Positions 48,385-61,300 of a stretch of 64,000 nucleotides of DNA are shown in pieces. The DNA is from Lophium mytilinum (Eukaryota). The notes below the pieces were generated by a model. It had not been told where the DNA came from and searched no databases. It was given only the letters and a program-made list of their open reading frames with translations. The translations under genes were made by a program, and so were the position numbers. Location: NCBI GenBank assembly GCA_010093605.1, contig MU004204.1:266959-330958 (forward strand), read 5' to 3'. Positions within the stretch are counted from its first letter, which is position 1, and each line of letters begins with the position of its first letter.

Positions 48385-49740
48385 ATGTTCAAGCGAAGCT
48401 ACTTTTACTATATAGATCAAGCAGGTAAGAGGAAAACGGCAAAAAACACCTCACCGGAAGGCCTAAGTAAAGTTATTCCTACGCGTTTCAATGGTCTCAA
48501 ATTTTTCAAGAGCCGCCAGTGGGCGGAGTTCAAAAAGCCTGATAACTGGATAGACACATGGCCCCTAACAACGCTCGCAGATGTTGTCACCACTGACGGA
48601 CTTAGGGAACCATTATGCCGAAACTGTGGTAATCATTTTTCAAATATGTGCGATTGCAAAATCAATGATTTTCGGAAGAATTACGAGAAGTGGGACAAAC
48701 ACTATTTTCTGCAACACACGGGCGACGCGAAGGGCCTCGGGCTTTTCTGCGGAAAAAAATTCGGGAAAGATCTTAAGGGAGGAGTTCTTACTGAAGGTGA
48801 CTTTGTAGGTGAGATGACGGGCATTTTGAGACCTCCCGGTTATGACTTCGGTAAGAAAGACGGATACAGCGTTCGCTTCCGGATCGGCAACTGTAGGCGC
48901 CCCAGCGTCTGGGGATACGTGGATCCATATGATACGGGCAGTTACATGAGGTTTGTCAATCACTCCTGTGATTCCAATTGCGAGTTTCAACATAGCAGGG
49001 TTGGGAACACCCGCATTAGTTCTGTTGTCGTAAAAAAGGGCAAAACTCTCAGGGCGGGTGACGAAATCACTACGGATTATGGCCCGGGGTATTTCGAAAA
49101 CATCAAAGAATGTTATTGCGGGACATCGCAATGTCGGAAGCCACCACAGAACGACGATGATGAAGAGGATGATGACGATGAGAAGTATGATGAGGATGAC
49201 GAAGACGAGGATGATAAGGATGACGAAGATGATGATGAGGATGATTGCGATGATGGCGATGATAGGGATGGCGACAGCGGAGAAGGCCCACCTCCAAGTG
49301 ATGATGAAATGGACGTAGATCAAGAGGATGGCGACCTTTCTCCACGGCAACCCAAACCAAGCTCCTACAAGGGAAAGGGTAAAGGCAGAGCTGAGCCTAT
49401 ACAAGAAAGTGAAGATGAAATGAACATAGATGAAGATGAAGAATCGGACAATGAGATTGGGACCAATGGTACAGGTAAGGGATACCGCGGAAAGAAAACG
49501 TACAATATCATAAGCAGTCGGTCGGCTCTGGAAGTTTCTCGTAGTCGGAAAACGAAGATCAGTGCGAGCAGCGCCAAACCAACTTCTTACAAGCAGGTGA
49601 GCTCTCACGCCCGACCAAACCCTGGCGACCTTAAAAGAAAAAGGCCTGCTGTAGAAGAAGAGGCTCGCTCGGACCAGAGCGAGGCCGATGAGGCTCCTCA
49701 TAGGTCTATTAAGAGGTACCGTAGAAGGGGATTCAAATAA
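48385..49740 (+). CDS. SET-domain protein B with acidic tract and basic tail
   Basis: KGLGLF, VGEMTG, RFVNHSC, DEITTDYG and CYCGTSQC, then a long D/E run. Intronless. Confidence 0.9.
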   Translation: MFKRSYFYYIDQAGKRKTAKNTSPEGLSKVIPTRFNGLKFFKSRQWAEFKKPDNWIDTWPLTTLADVVTTDGLREPLCRNCGNHFSNMCDCKINDFRKNYEKWDKHYFLQHTGDAKGLGLFCGKKFGKDLKGGVLTEGDFVGEMTGILRPPGYDFGKKDGYSVRFRIGNCRRPSVWGYVDPYDTGSYMRFVNHSCDSNCEFQHSRVGNTRISSVVVKKGKTLRAGDEITTDYGPGYFENIKECYCGTSQCRKPPQNDDDEEDDDDEKYDEDDEDEDDKDDEDDDEDDCDDGDDRDGDSGEGPPPSDDEMDVDQEDGDLSPRQPKPSSYKGKGKGRAEPIQESEDEMNIDEDEESDNEIGTNGTGKGYRGKKTYNIISSRSALEVSRSRKTKISASSAKPTSYKQVSSHARPNPGDLKRKRPAVEEEARSDQSEADEAPHRSIKRYRRRGFK

Positions 49741-50307
49741 GACCAGAGACAAGTTGAGAGACATAAGCTCGGTAAGGTAAGTACACCAGAATACCCGGCT
49801 TAAAGCGTGCGGGAGGTGAGCATCTGCAAGAGGTAAGTCTTGGTATTGCCGAACTAGTGGTCAGAGATAAAACTCTTTCCGAAGCTGCGTATTAGTGCAT
49901 TCGGTATTTATAAATACTCTGCGGTTATGTGATTTTTGAGAACAGTGGGGATCCCCGCCATGCCAAGCAGTTCGTAATGACATGCTGCGACCTCCCTAGT
50001 CGCATCACAACCACCTGCTTCATTAAGCATATTCGCCATTATCCGACCGGCGAACACGATGATTTACTCAGACCATATGCTTGGCACTTGCCGACGTAGG
50101 ATGGTGTTATGGATACCGCCTGGGCACCGAGGTGAGACTGTCTAGGTGGGAATGGCTTGATTTGAATTCACGGTGTTGCGTTACGTGACACTAGTAGCAC
50201 GTCTTCTCCTTATGTTACTCCGGAATCTTCCTTTAAATTGGCGTGCTGCGCGACCGAACTTACTGCTACGACCTTTTTCACACCTTACTCGGTGAAGTGG
50301 ATGCACA

Positions 50308-52970
50308 ATGGTTAATTGGTTGTCTATCTTCGCAATTGCGTTGCTATGTGCACGCGGATGGGCCATCACTCCCGAGTAAGTCGCGTACCAAACCTTTTAT
50401 CTGAAGCGAAGTCAGCCGTGGAACTTGTCACTTCTTCTGCTACCTAGAGTTGCTTCCGTTGCTGTGCTCTACTCAAATTGCACCCCGCTAACAGGTATGT
50501 ACATAGGCAAATGCTCAGCGCCCCACGTCGCTCAGGAGCTGTGCCTAATCCTACTGGCGAATATGCTATATTTTCCGCAAGCTCTTATTCTTTCGAGAAA
50601 CGAGCATCATCGTCGAGCTGGAACTTACTTCATTTAAAGAATGGAAGCATTCAGACGCTCGACGCGCTCACCGAGGACGTTTCTGAGGTTGTGTGGATTT
50701 CAGGAAGCAAATCTGAAGTGATATATGTTAATGCGACTAACGAGGAGATCCCTGGGGGTGTGACCCTGTGGCTTGGTGATCTCTTCGAACCATCAAGGTA
50801 CCTTTTCATCATTTCTCCTACCCTACAATGCAGGACGTCGATTGATTGAGTATATCAGCTTCAAACTAGTGGCTTCTTTACCTGGGGCGTTCTCCGGATT
50901 GAAAGTCTCCAAGACACATTCGGGCGATCTTAAGTTCCTAATCAATGCGTTGGCTTATCCTAATGGTGGGTTTTCGTTGTCCGCTCTGGCGGAGCATGGC
51001 ACTAATGGATTCTCTAGGCACCATATACAATGCCGAGACAGCCTCAACGCCAAAAGGTACCGGCAGATTGTATTCAGACACTTTCGTCCGCCATTGGGAC
51101 TTTTGGTTGACTCCTGAACGTTATGCCCTTTTCTCGGGGACTCTCAAGTCAAAAGAAAATCATGCACTATCCCAGGACGGGGTGCAAAACCGCCTTACCA
51201 ACCTCAACTATACTGTAACGCGACCTGAGACCCCTGTTCAAGTAAGGCTCCAGCTAAGCCCACCACATGTCCTCCTCCTAACCCTTCATTATAGCCTTTT
51301 GGAGATGAAGGTGATTATGATCTAAGTCCGGATGGCAAGTGGGTGGCATTCCTTTCGAAAGCTCCCGAACTAGCAAAGGCAAACTACACCGCAAGCTATA
51401 TATATCTTGTTCCTTTCGATAGCCCCGAGGTGGCGCCCATAGCGATCAATGGGCCGGGGACACCAGCCCAGGGTATTGGCGCACTTGGGTAAGTTGCAAC
51501 CCGCCTCGACACTCACGGACACTAACGTTGAGAAGCGCTTCTGCGGGGCCGAGATTCTCGCCCGACAGCTCAAAGATTGCATTCTTACAGCAGGATGGTA
51601 TTAGCTACGAGTCGGATAAAAGCAAAGTCTACGTTGCAGCCGTCAGACACTCCGCGCCCTACGGTGGAGGGTGGTCAGCCATTGCCGGTGATTGGGACCG
51701 GTCCGTCGACTCTCTTGCATGGAATCCAGATGGGAAGTCACTACTAGTTTCTGCGTCAGATCTTGGAGAGGAAAAGCTATTCACTCTTCCCATTGACGCG
51801 CCATCCGATTACGAGCCTCGTAACTTTACCACCGCGGGCACGAACGTTGCAGACTTCCACGTCTTGCCCGATTCTAGCGTTCTGGTGTCCGGTAATAGCA
51901 TTTGGTCGTCTAGAGACTTCTACATCAAGTCTGAGAAAACCACAAAGTATTTGTTCTCCGCCACCACGACAGACCCTGAGCTTGAGGGCTTGAGCTCCGA
52001 TGATGTGGAGCAGTTCTACTTCATTGGCGCTTTGGGGATACCGATCCAGAGCTGGATAATCAAACCCAAGGGGTTTCAGGCCAATGCCACTTATCCTCTA
52101 GCATTCATCGTCCATGGAGGACCTCAAGTAGGTTGTGATTCCCGTTTCTATCTCCCCTCGCTGAGCTAGACCAAAGGGTGGCCATTACAACTCCTGGAGT
52201 ACACGCTAGAACTTCAAGGTGTTCGCCGATCAAGTAGGTCATATCTTCCCTGCGATTTGATTGGTTCCAAGAAATTGACTTCCTAGGGATACGTGGTTAT
52301 AGCTCCCAACCCCACAGGCAGTTCAGGATGGGGGCAGTTCCTGCAAGACTCCATCCAGAACCAGTGGGGTGGTCATCCCTACGACGATTTGGTCAAGGCC
52401 TGGGACTACATAGAAGCTAACCTGACATATATCGACACCGACCGCGCCGTTGAACTCGGAGCAAGTTACGGAGGATACATGACAAACTGGATCCAAGGCC
52501 ACGACCTCGGAAGGAAGTTCAAAGCCTTAGTCGCGCACGACGGTCTGGTAAGCACCCTCGGTGCTTATGCTACGGAGGAGCTTTGGTTCACTCAACACGA
52601 GTACAATGGCACCCTCTGGGATAATCGCGAGAATTATGAGAGATGGGATCCTGGTACGTTACCAACATCTCACTCCATGTTTGTGACCCCAACTGACTTC
52701 GCTCAAGCTGCCCACATCAAGAATTTTAGCACCCCGCAGTTTATTATTCATAGTTCGGAAGACTACCGGCTGCCGGAGACAGAAGGGATTACCATGTTCA
52801 ATTATCTTCAGTCGAGAGGCGTGCCGTCCAGATTTCTCAGCTTCCCGAACGAAAATCATTGGGTCTTGAAGCCAGAGAACTCGTTGCAATGGCATGAGAA
52901 TGTGCTGGGATGGATTAATCATTACTCGGGTATTGGTGGTCCTCTTAGTGATGATGCCATTGGCAGTTGA
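50308..52970 (+). CDS. DPP5: Secreted dipeptidyl-peptidase V (S9 family) with one in-frame TAG at 52207
   Basis: Signal peptide, [26 protein letters not shown] (Ser), DYRL (Asp) and ENHW (His). The small exon 52177-52233 reads [14 protein letters not shown]. Confidence 0.88.
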
Positions 52971-53889
52971 TCGGCGGCACGAAGCTGGGCATGTTCTACG
53001 GCTTGTGGCGATGTGACCGCTGCATAAAACCTCCAAAAGCTTTGACCTGTAGAGGCTATAGGCTCGGCAGTCACTTCTGCATCTACATCATCTATTCGTG
53101 TAGATCTATACATTTGAGTACGTACATTCGGCATCAGCTTCCGTCCTACGTAGCTATAGAGCATCACGTCACTCTCCTTTCTATCACGTATATGAGCTCA
53201 TGTATTCACTCCAATATAATTCCCTGTTCAAGTCAATCAATTTTACGAAATCTGGCGCTTTCGCCAGAAATCAGTATGCTGTTTGTATGCATGAGATTGA
53301 AAGTCTGCGCGAAGTATACGTACTTGGGAACAAACCTCGAAAGTAGAGAGTCTGCAGTTGGCATGGTGATTTGGCTGAAATTATCTGTTCACCCGAGAGG
53401 CGCGTCGGACTGACCTCGTAGGAAGCATGAGGCTTGGAAAACTTGACATAGCATTTTCAGAACACGGTCTACGAAGTCTTCATGTTTCTCACGTGAACGT
53501 GCTTTAATCTTGCTGGGGGTGGTGAAATGGACAGTTAGAGGGAACGCCAGAGAAAACGCAGGAATGAAATTCTCGCTCACTCGCTAGTCAGTAGTCACGT
53601 ACCTTCTGCTTAACACACACCTGCAAACTGACCAAGTGCCACAGAGGAAGCACGGCTGGGAAGTTTTAGTACTTGCTGTTTGAATAAAGACACCAGTGTA
53701 GATAGCATGTATGTTCACACGTAGTCAATCTTGATGCAACTTCAGGTAAGATAATGAAGTACATAGTATATATTTTGGAGGTGAGGTGAGATCAGGTATC
53801 TCTTCTACGGAGTCTCTTGCGGAGCGCTGAACCTTGAGCAAGACTGTATTTCCGCTCACCCATGGTTCGTATCGCTATAGCTGTCACAT

Positions 53890-56200
53890 TCAGGCGGCCG
53901 ATGAGACGCTCGCCCTTCGATTCTTCTTACCGAGATACGTACTATCCGGCAGCATGTTGAGTTTGTCTTCGCGCTTATCAAGCCTCTTGTTCTGGAGCCA
54001 GAACAGCACACCACCAACAGCTGCCAGAATAGCAACGGTAGCGTAATTCCAGACAAGCAAAGGATCGTCACTCAGCGAGACAAATGCCTGGCCGATGGCG
54101 TTACTGAACGCCGACATGAAGTGCCAGTAGCTAGTCACCAGCGAACGCATGTTTGTAGGCGCCTTGGTGAAAGCGTACTCCAGGCCGGTGATGGATGCGA
54201 AAATCTCCGAGAAGCCGATGAGGACGTAGGGCACGGTCTGCACCCAGACGTTTATGGGCGCGGCACCCTCCTCGCAAGTGTTCATGTACTTGCCGCATGG
54301 GCCGAGCTTGTAAATGTAGTGCTGGATGATGGTTGCGGAAATCATGGCGCACGAGGCTAGGCCGAAGCCCAATGCGATTCGCTTGACAGGGGTAAATTTG
54401 ATACCCTTCTTGCGAAGGAAGGGGTAGAGGAAGTTGTCCACGATTGGAATGAAGATAACCAAAGAGATTCTGGCCATGGGATTAGCTTATAATGTGTCAT
54501 AATATTTTGTATCTCACTTACGGGTTCAAGTTGGTGATGATGTCGTTAGGCACGCCATGGAGCTCCATGGTTGCCGCCTGAGACGTGAGGTTGTTGTTCA
54601 TTTGGTTGTAAGTAAGCCCTATAGAGCTTGTTAGAATGAGAGCTTTCGAAAAGCATTACGACGACTGACAATAGAGGGGAATCCATGTGAAAACTCGGCA
54701 CGCTTTCAATCCACGGGCAACCTGGTCAACCCAAGGATCGTCAAAGGTCATCCAAGCTGGTTTTCTTTCGCCAAGATGGCTAGGCTTCACGTCATTCCAG
54801 AAGTTGGGGTCCGTAAAGTTCTTCTTGCTATAGAACGCATTGTGAGTGGCAAATCGGACAGCTAGGGAGGCGTCGACTTACAGTGTGACTGGGTTAAATG
54901 ACCATTTACCTTTCTGCGCCAGTCCCCACAATAGCCAGAAATTCTTTAGCACTGATCCCGTTGGAGGGCTTCTGGTGTACTTGTTCCGGCAAGCGTACAA
55001 CACAATGGGGCAGAAGCAAAACATAATGGTTGGTAGGAGGAAGGCACACCAGAATCCAACGTATTTCTCGACATAGACCATAGATATCTGACCTGTCAAG
55101 CTGCCAACATTGACCATCATATCTTACACATATTAGCGGGGTTTTGTGAAGAAGGGGGAATGGATTAGGACAGATACTGAATCCTCTGGTATTGGCTGTC
55201 CTGGAGTGCCGCTTGAATCGTCTTTTGACACAATTCCAGAACAATGACACCAGAGGACTCTGGTAAGTGTATTAGGACCTTACGTACAAAAGTATAAGAA
55301 GATCCGGGCGATGGTAATGTTTGGGTCCGAGATTTGGCGTTCACCGGTCTTAGGGTCTATCACGATCTTTGGCTTGGTCTGCTTATATTGCTCCGCAATC
55401 AAGGGAGACACGTTTGCCCTATGGTTGTGTTAGTCAAATTGTCATACAATAGTGGTTATCAAGAAAGACTCACTTGAAGGCTCCTGTGCCGAGACCAAGA
55501 AGAATGAGTCCGGGAATGAAAGCGCCGAGGGCATGACCGCTAGCGATGACAGATGGAACGGCAGAGACGACGATGACGATGTGGCCAAGGATAGCGACGG
55601 CAACGGCGACCATAATGGTGTTGAAGCGGCCGAGATATTCATCCGCAACGTAGGCGCCGATTAATGGGGTAGTGTAAGCCCAGAACGAGTTGACTTTGAG
55701 GCGTTAATTCTACCAAAAGCCAGGGAAGAAAGCTATAGGGGTGACTACTCACAGGTCCCGAGCCCAAATGACGCTCTTTGGCCCATATCCAAGGCTCCCG
55801 ACTGGCCGTTCGCGCCACTTTTACCAGTAGTCGATCCAGGAGGCAACGGGCGCTGAATGTAATTGGTATCTTCAGTGAAACGTTAGTACTCTGCTTTGCT
55901 ATGTAAGTTCACAGAGTTGTTGAATATATACTCACAAAGCACTTGACAGCCGTAATAGCCAAATCGCTCGCACATCTCCGTGAACGCGATCGTATACGCC
56001 ACCCACGGAATCTTGCCAGAGACACGAGTGAGCGTCGCTAGCTCCTCTTCGGTAGGGTCTTCCCCAGAATCATCGTCCGGACGGTTCGAGTCGGCATGGC
56101 TAACGCTGAATTCCTTCTCGCTTTTGGCATACTCCGCCAGCCCTTTCGGGGTGCGGGCCATGGCCACCTCCTCGATGTTTGTGCCGGCTGCCGCAGACAT
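53890..56200 (-). CDS. PTR2: Proton-dependent oligopeptide (POT/PTR) transporter
   Basis: EMCERFGYYG (ExxERFxYY), GTGAFKANVS, YMMVNVGSL and LEYAFTKAP. Multi-exon; the 5' exons checked and the long 3' ORF are intact. Confidence 0.93.
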
Positions 56201-58078
56201 GGTAGTTTTGGACAACAGGGGAGCTTCTGCAGGAGGAAGATCTAGACATGGGAAGAGGGTAGAGAGAATCTTTTATAACTTCACGGGAGTAACTGGGGCA
56301 AAACATCATGGTTGCTACTGTAAAGAGAAGGTAGCAAAGCAGTCGCGAGATTGTTGTGTTACATTGCAAAGAGCGGCGACCAACGACGTCCGACCGTCTT
56401 GGGAGACAGGCTTTGGGAAGCCAAACGTCTTTACAAGGATTGATAGAGAAAGCAATCGAGGCGCCCAAGGCTTGGCATATATTGGCACATTGTCGATCTT
56501 CTTGGGTCTTGGCGCAGGAAGCTCCCCAGAATAACGCATGGTGCAGGGCTAAGGCCGGATCAAAGCGCGAACTGTGCCGCCGGTGATAAGACGCTATTCA
56601 CTGCCAAGGCGCACTGCAACCGAGTTCACGGCGGAGGGTGGCCAGATGCTCAGCAGCGCAATCGAGTTTCCTGAACGAGGGTCGACGACGAGCAGGGCGA
56701 CCGGCAAGGTGCCCGCGAATGGCGCCAGCCACCCGGATGCATCGTGCCGCCAGGGTGGCCGTTTACCAAGAGTACGGGGGCGGAAAATCTTGGCGCTTCT
56801 TGGCTTATCTTCACGGGTTCTACAGTAGAATATATCTCTATGCCCGAGACGCTGTCACTGATATCGCTCCGCTTTGGGCACTCTCCGGGATTTGCTGGTT
56901 GGTGGAGGCGGGGATGCGCATGCTTCAAATATTCTAGAACAGTGCCAGGAGGCCGGGTCGGAGGCCTTCCAGAATGTCTAATATCTTTGCAGGCCCTGTG
57001 TGGATGGAAGCATGGGATTTCAACAAGGCAGGCACGGGACATTTACGAGGCCGTAAGCGTTACCATGTCATACTGGAATAGGAAAATGCGCGACAGGCGA
57101 AAGAAAGCACGCGATGATACAAGAAAATACAAGGGATGTGAGCATATAGAACTCCAGACAGCGATGAACAGAATAGTGAGAGATGAGGAAGGAAAGTACG
57201 GTGTACAGGTCGGTGCAAGCCCGTGAGAGCAGACGAGAGTAACGGCAACAGGCTTGATAGCGCCCTATATTATCAATGCTCTATACAATTGAATGAGGGT
57301 TGCCATGGAAGACGAAAACACATCCCTTTGGAGTGATGTGCGAAGGGTGGGCCCACTCGAAGAATCGGGTACTCCGTCTTACTCACGTGACAACCGTCCC
57401 ACCAGGGCTCCTCTCCCGGAGCCCCGAGCTCTTTTGCGCTAATTGGTATTCTGAACCATGCAGAATGCGGAAGGTGGAAATACGCCAGAACACAGCCAGA
57501 AGACGCAAGGCCTTGGCATTTCGAAGTTGAATTGCGATCATGTCACTTTTGAGCAGCCTGCTTTCTCCGCGCTGCTTTGCCATCACTTCACACTTCCGCT
57601 CTGGCAGAGAACGCTACACCAGCTCACTACTGCCTACAGCGACCCACACATCATCTTACTGATGCGACAGCATAGATCTAACGCTCTCAAGGTGTATCCG
57701 GAACTCACTCCCGTCTGTAATAGTTCAACCATGTCGTATGTTAACCCGCAAAAATAGCCTTTCACGTAGAGCAAGTTTAGCAAGCCTCCATAACCGACTT
57801 GTAGTATCTTCGTGAGTACTACAGTGTGGCAACTTAGACGGAAGAAGACGGGCTTTGGTGACGGGAGGCCTGAGCGGGAGGCCTTAAGAGCATTCTCACT
57901 TCTTATAGGTTACACAGGGGTGGCTGTTTCGAGTTAGATGCACGTTGGGGGCGTTATTATAGGGCTAGCCAAGCTTAAGCTTGATCCATCTGCGACCATC
58001 AATCACAACAACACTGCTATAAAGCCTTGCACTCGCCACGTTAAGCATTTCGCAGCCTTTACGCTTCTTCTCGAGACA

Positions 58079-58124
58079 CATGCTGCACCGTCTAATTGAA
58101 CCATGCTGCACCGTCTAATAGAAC
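58079..58124. repeat. 23-bp tandem duplication
   Basis: CATGCTGCACCGTCTAATWGAAC x2. Confidence 0.9.
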
Positions 58125-58399
58125 CCATACTACGTCAATAAGACAAAGGTTCGTCGACTATGGACAATAGGCCAGGTGAAGGTTCGGAGAGAAGCGCTGA
58201 GACGTGGCGGAGGTTTCGAGACTCTTTCTATAGGACTAAGAATCCCTTTAACAAAACTTCATTCTAGAGATCCGATTACGATCCGTATGGATTCATCGAC
58301 AATTCTCTCGCAAACCTATGCCTTCGCAGTCCGTGCAGACTTTCTTATAGGGAACAATAATTTGTTGGGTGTAAAACAGCGTGCATTCCTTAGTAAAGG

Positions 58400-61300
58400 T
58401 CCCTATAATACACACATTAATTTATATAAGGACTATTAGAATCCTATCTAGAGAACTTAATTTTTTTACTATATCTTAATACCGCCTAACTTAATAATTA
58501 GTAAGGCTATTAATACTATTATAGAGGCTATATACTAACTTTTTCTAGTATTATAGTACCTTTAAAAGCCTTTAATATCTATATTTCTATATAGTTAATA
58601 TATAGTAAAGTCTACTATATCTTCTTTAATTAGAAGGCCTCTACCTCTACTATTAGTACTCTAGATAAGGCTATTTCTAATTCTCTAGATATATTAATAC
58701 TAGCTTCTAGAAAGGTACTAAAGGCTTTAAAGGCTATAGTAGCGCCTATAAAGGCGCCTATATCTATAAAGGCGCCTATACCTATAAAGGCTTCTATAAA
58801 AGTATAGGCATATATAATAAAGTAGGCCGCCTAATATAAAGAAAAGGCGTACTTAATAGAAGAGAAAAACCTATTATAGAATAAAGTAGAGGCTTAAGTT
58901 ACTAAATATCTATTAGCTACTACTATATATAAGGCTATAGATAAGAAGCCTAAAGCTATAAAAGGCTCTATAAAAGGTAGTAGCGCCCTTTTAAATACTA
59001 TAGTAGCTTCTACTAACTATAGAAAAGGCTCTACTACTAGTTATAAAAGGGGCTCTACTACTACTAAGTTAGTAGCTAAGCGCCTAGTAGCTCTTAAGAA
59101 AAGGCGCCCTAATATTACTATTAATTTATCCTAGGGCTAGAGTATTAGTAGTACTTTATATAACTAGCACCCTAGTTTACTTAAGGCTAGATATATATAT
59201 ATTAAGACTCTAAATAAGTATAAGTATTAAAATATAGAGAATAGAATAGACTCTAATCTATTAAGAAATAGTAATAGTAAAATACCGCCTAGCTAAAAGC
59301 TATAAGATAGGTACTATAAGCGTTACGCTAATAAAATTATAGTAGATATAGAGAAAGTAGATAAGAAAGAAAAAAAGAAAAAGAAGAATAATCTACTAAT
59401 ATTATCTAAGCTAGGTAAGAAGATAAATAAGAAGCTTAAGCGCTTTATAGAATAGTTTATAGTAAAGTATCTTAATAGAACTAGTAGGCGCCTCTCTATA
59501 AACTAGATAAATAAGATTAAGGTAAAGGCGTATATAAAGAAAAGGAGGTAGTTATTTACTAAGATAGACTTAACTATATCTAATATTAAGATAATATTTA
59601 TGCCTATAAAGTAGCTTATTAATAACTTTATTATACTTATATTATTTAAGTTATTTATAAATAGTAAGACTATTAGCTAAACTATATAGCTAAATAGTAT
59701 ATATATTTAGCTTAATAGTAGGGTTATTAAAAAGAAGCTTAAGAAGATAGTAGAGAGAGCTATTTAAAAGGGTAACTATAATACTATTTATAGAGTTATT
59801 AAGTATATAGCTAGCATTAGAATATTTACTAGAAGAGAAGAAATGCGCTATTATAACCTAGAGGACTTCTTAATAATAGAGTTTACCTAAGTATATACGC
59901 TAATAGATATAATATAGAGGAACTATCCGCGCTTAATAATTATAGTTATTTTTAAGTATAAGGTCTTATATAATACCTAGGCGCCGCCAGCTAAGAGAAA
60001 GAGATTTAAGTAGCTTAATAGCTTATTACCTGCGTCTATATTAGGTAAGAGGTACTATACTAGTAAGCTATTAAAATAGTAGTATATCTAACTAGGTTAC
60101 TTTACTAATAGAGAAGATCTTAAGCTTAAGATTATAAAGAACTAGATATATATAGGTAGTAATTACTTAAATAAGAATAATAGTTACTTTATTAATAAGG
60201 GTAAGTAGTACTATATTCTTCTTCTAAAGCACTATAAAATATAAGTAAATACTATACTTAGTAATAATACTATAATTTATACTTCTTTTATAAAGCTACT
60301 CTAAGAGCTAATAGAAAATAGGCTAATTAATAAGTAATACTAGAGGCCCGTAAGAACTATATAGGTATAGTTAGTATAGTAGATAGTATAAAATACCTAG
60401 AATACTATAGCTAGCTTTATAAATATATAGATAAAGATAATATAGATAAAGATAGCTATATTAATATCTAAGATAGACTTTAACTAGCCTCTATAGTAGC
60501 TATAGTAGGCTTTTTTTCTATTCTATTCTTAGCTACTACTATACTAGGGGGCTTCTACGCCGCTAAACCCCTATACTATAGCTAGATATACTTCTTCTCT
60601 ATCTACTTCTACTCTATAGCCTATTTCTACTCTATAGCCCTTTATAGCGCCTCTTTCTTATACGCCTATTATTTAACCTAGAAGCTTAAGCCCTATATTA
60701 GAAAAATCTAAAACTATAAAAGTTAGAGCTATTAGTACTTAGTAGTAAACAGCGTAAACTTTTAGTAAACTATATAAATTATATAATATCTATATAAACT
60801 ACTAGCGCAGGTAATATTACTATATAAACTAGTAGTAGTTTACCTATATACTATATAGCCTAATAATACTTAATTATTATCTATTATTTTAAACTATTAA
60901 TAATTTAGTTCTATAGTATCTTTTACCTAATTAGCCTTAGTAGTACTAAAGCTAATATATATATACCCTATATATAATACTACCTATATTCTACTATAAA
61001 ATAATTCTATTTACTACTCTTTCCTCTCTATAGTAGTGCAAGGCGGAGGTAGAAGTAAGTAGAAATAGTAAGTACTTAGGCTAGAATATCTAATCTTTAT
61101 TCTATAAATAGTTAGTATAGTAAAGTTAGGGCTATAGTAGTTAAAAAGTAGATTTAATAGATATATAGAGAATAGGTAGAAAAGATATAATCTATTTATT
61201 CTATAATTTAGTGCTAGGTCTAGCTTATAAATTATAATTAGAATGCTTAATATATTCTTAGGTAGACTTTTACTATATTACTACTAAGACCTATTATTTA

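Noticed and set aside
48640..49764. 374-aa hydrophobic minus-strand ORF resembling a membrane protein
   Set aside because: The Ile/Val/Leu run is the reverse complement of the GAT/GAA acidic tract of SET protein B.
59400..60400. Possible Starship captain (DUF3435) remnant
   Set aside because: Hand de-RIPping gave no catalytic motif I could support.
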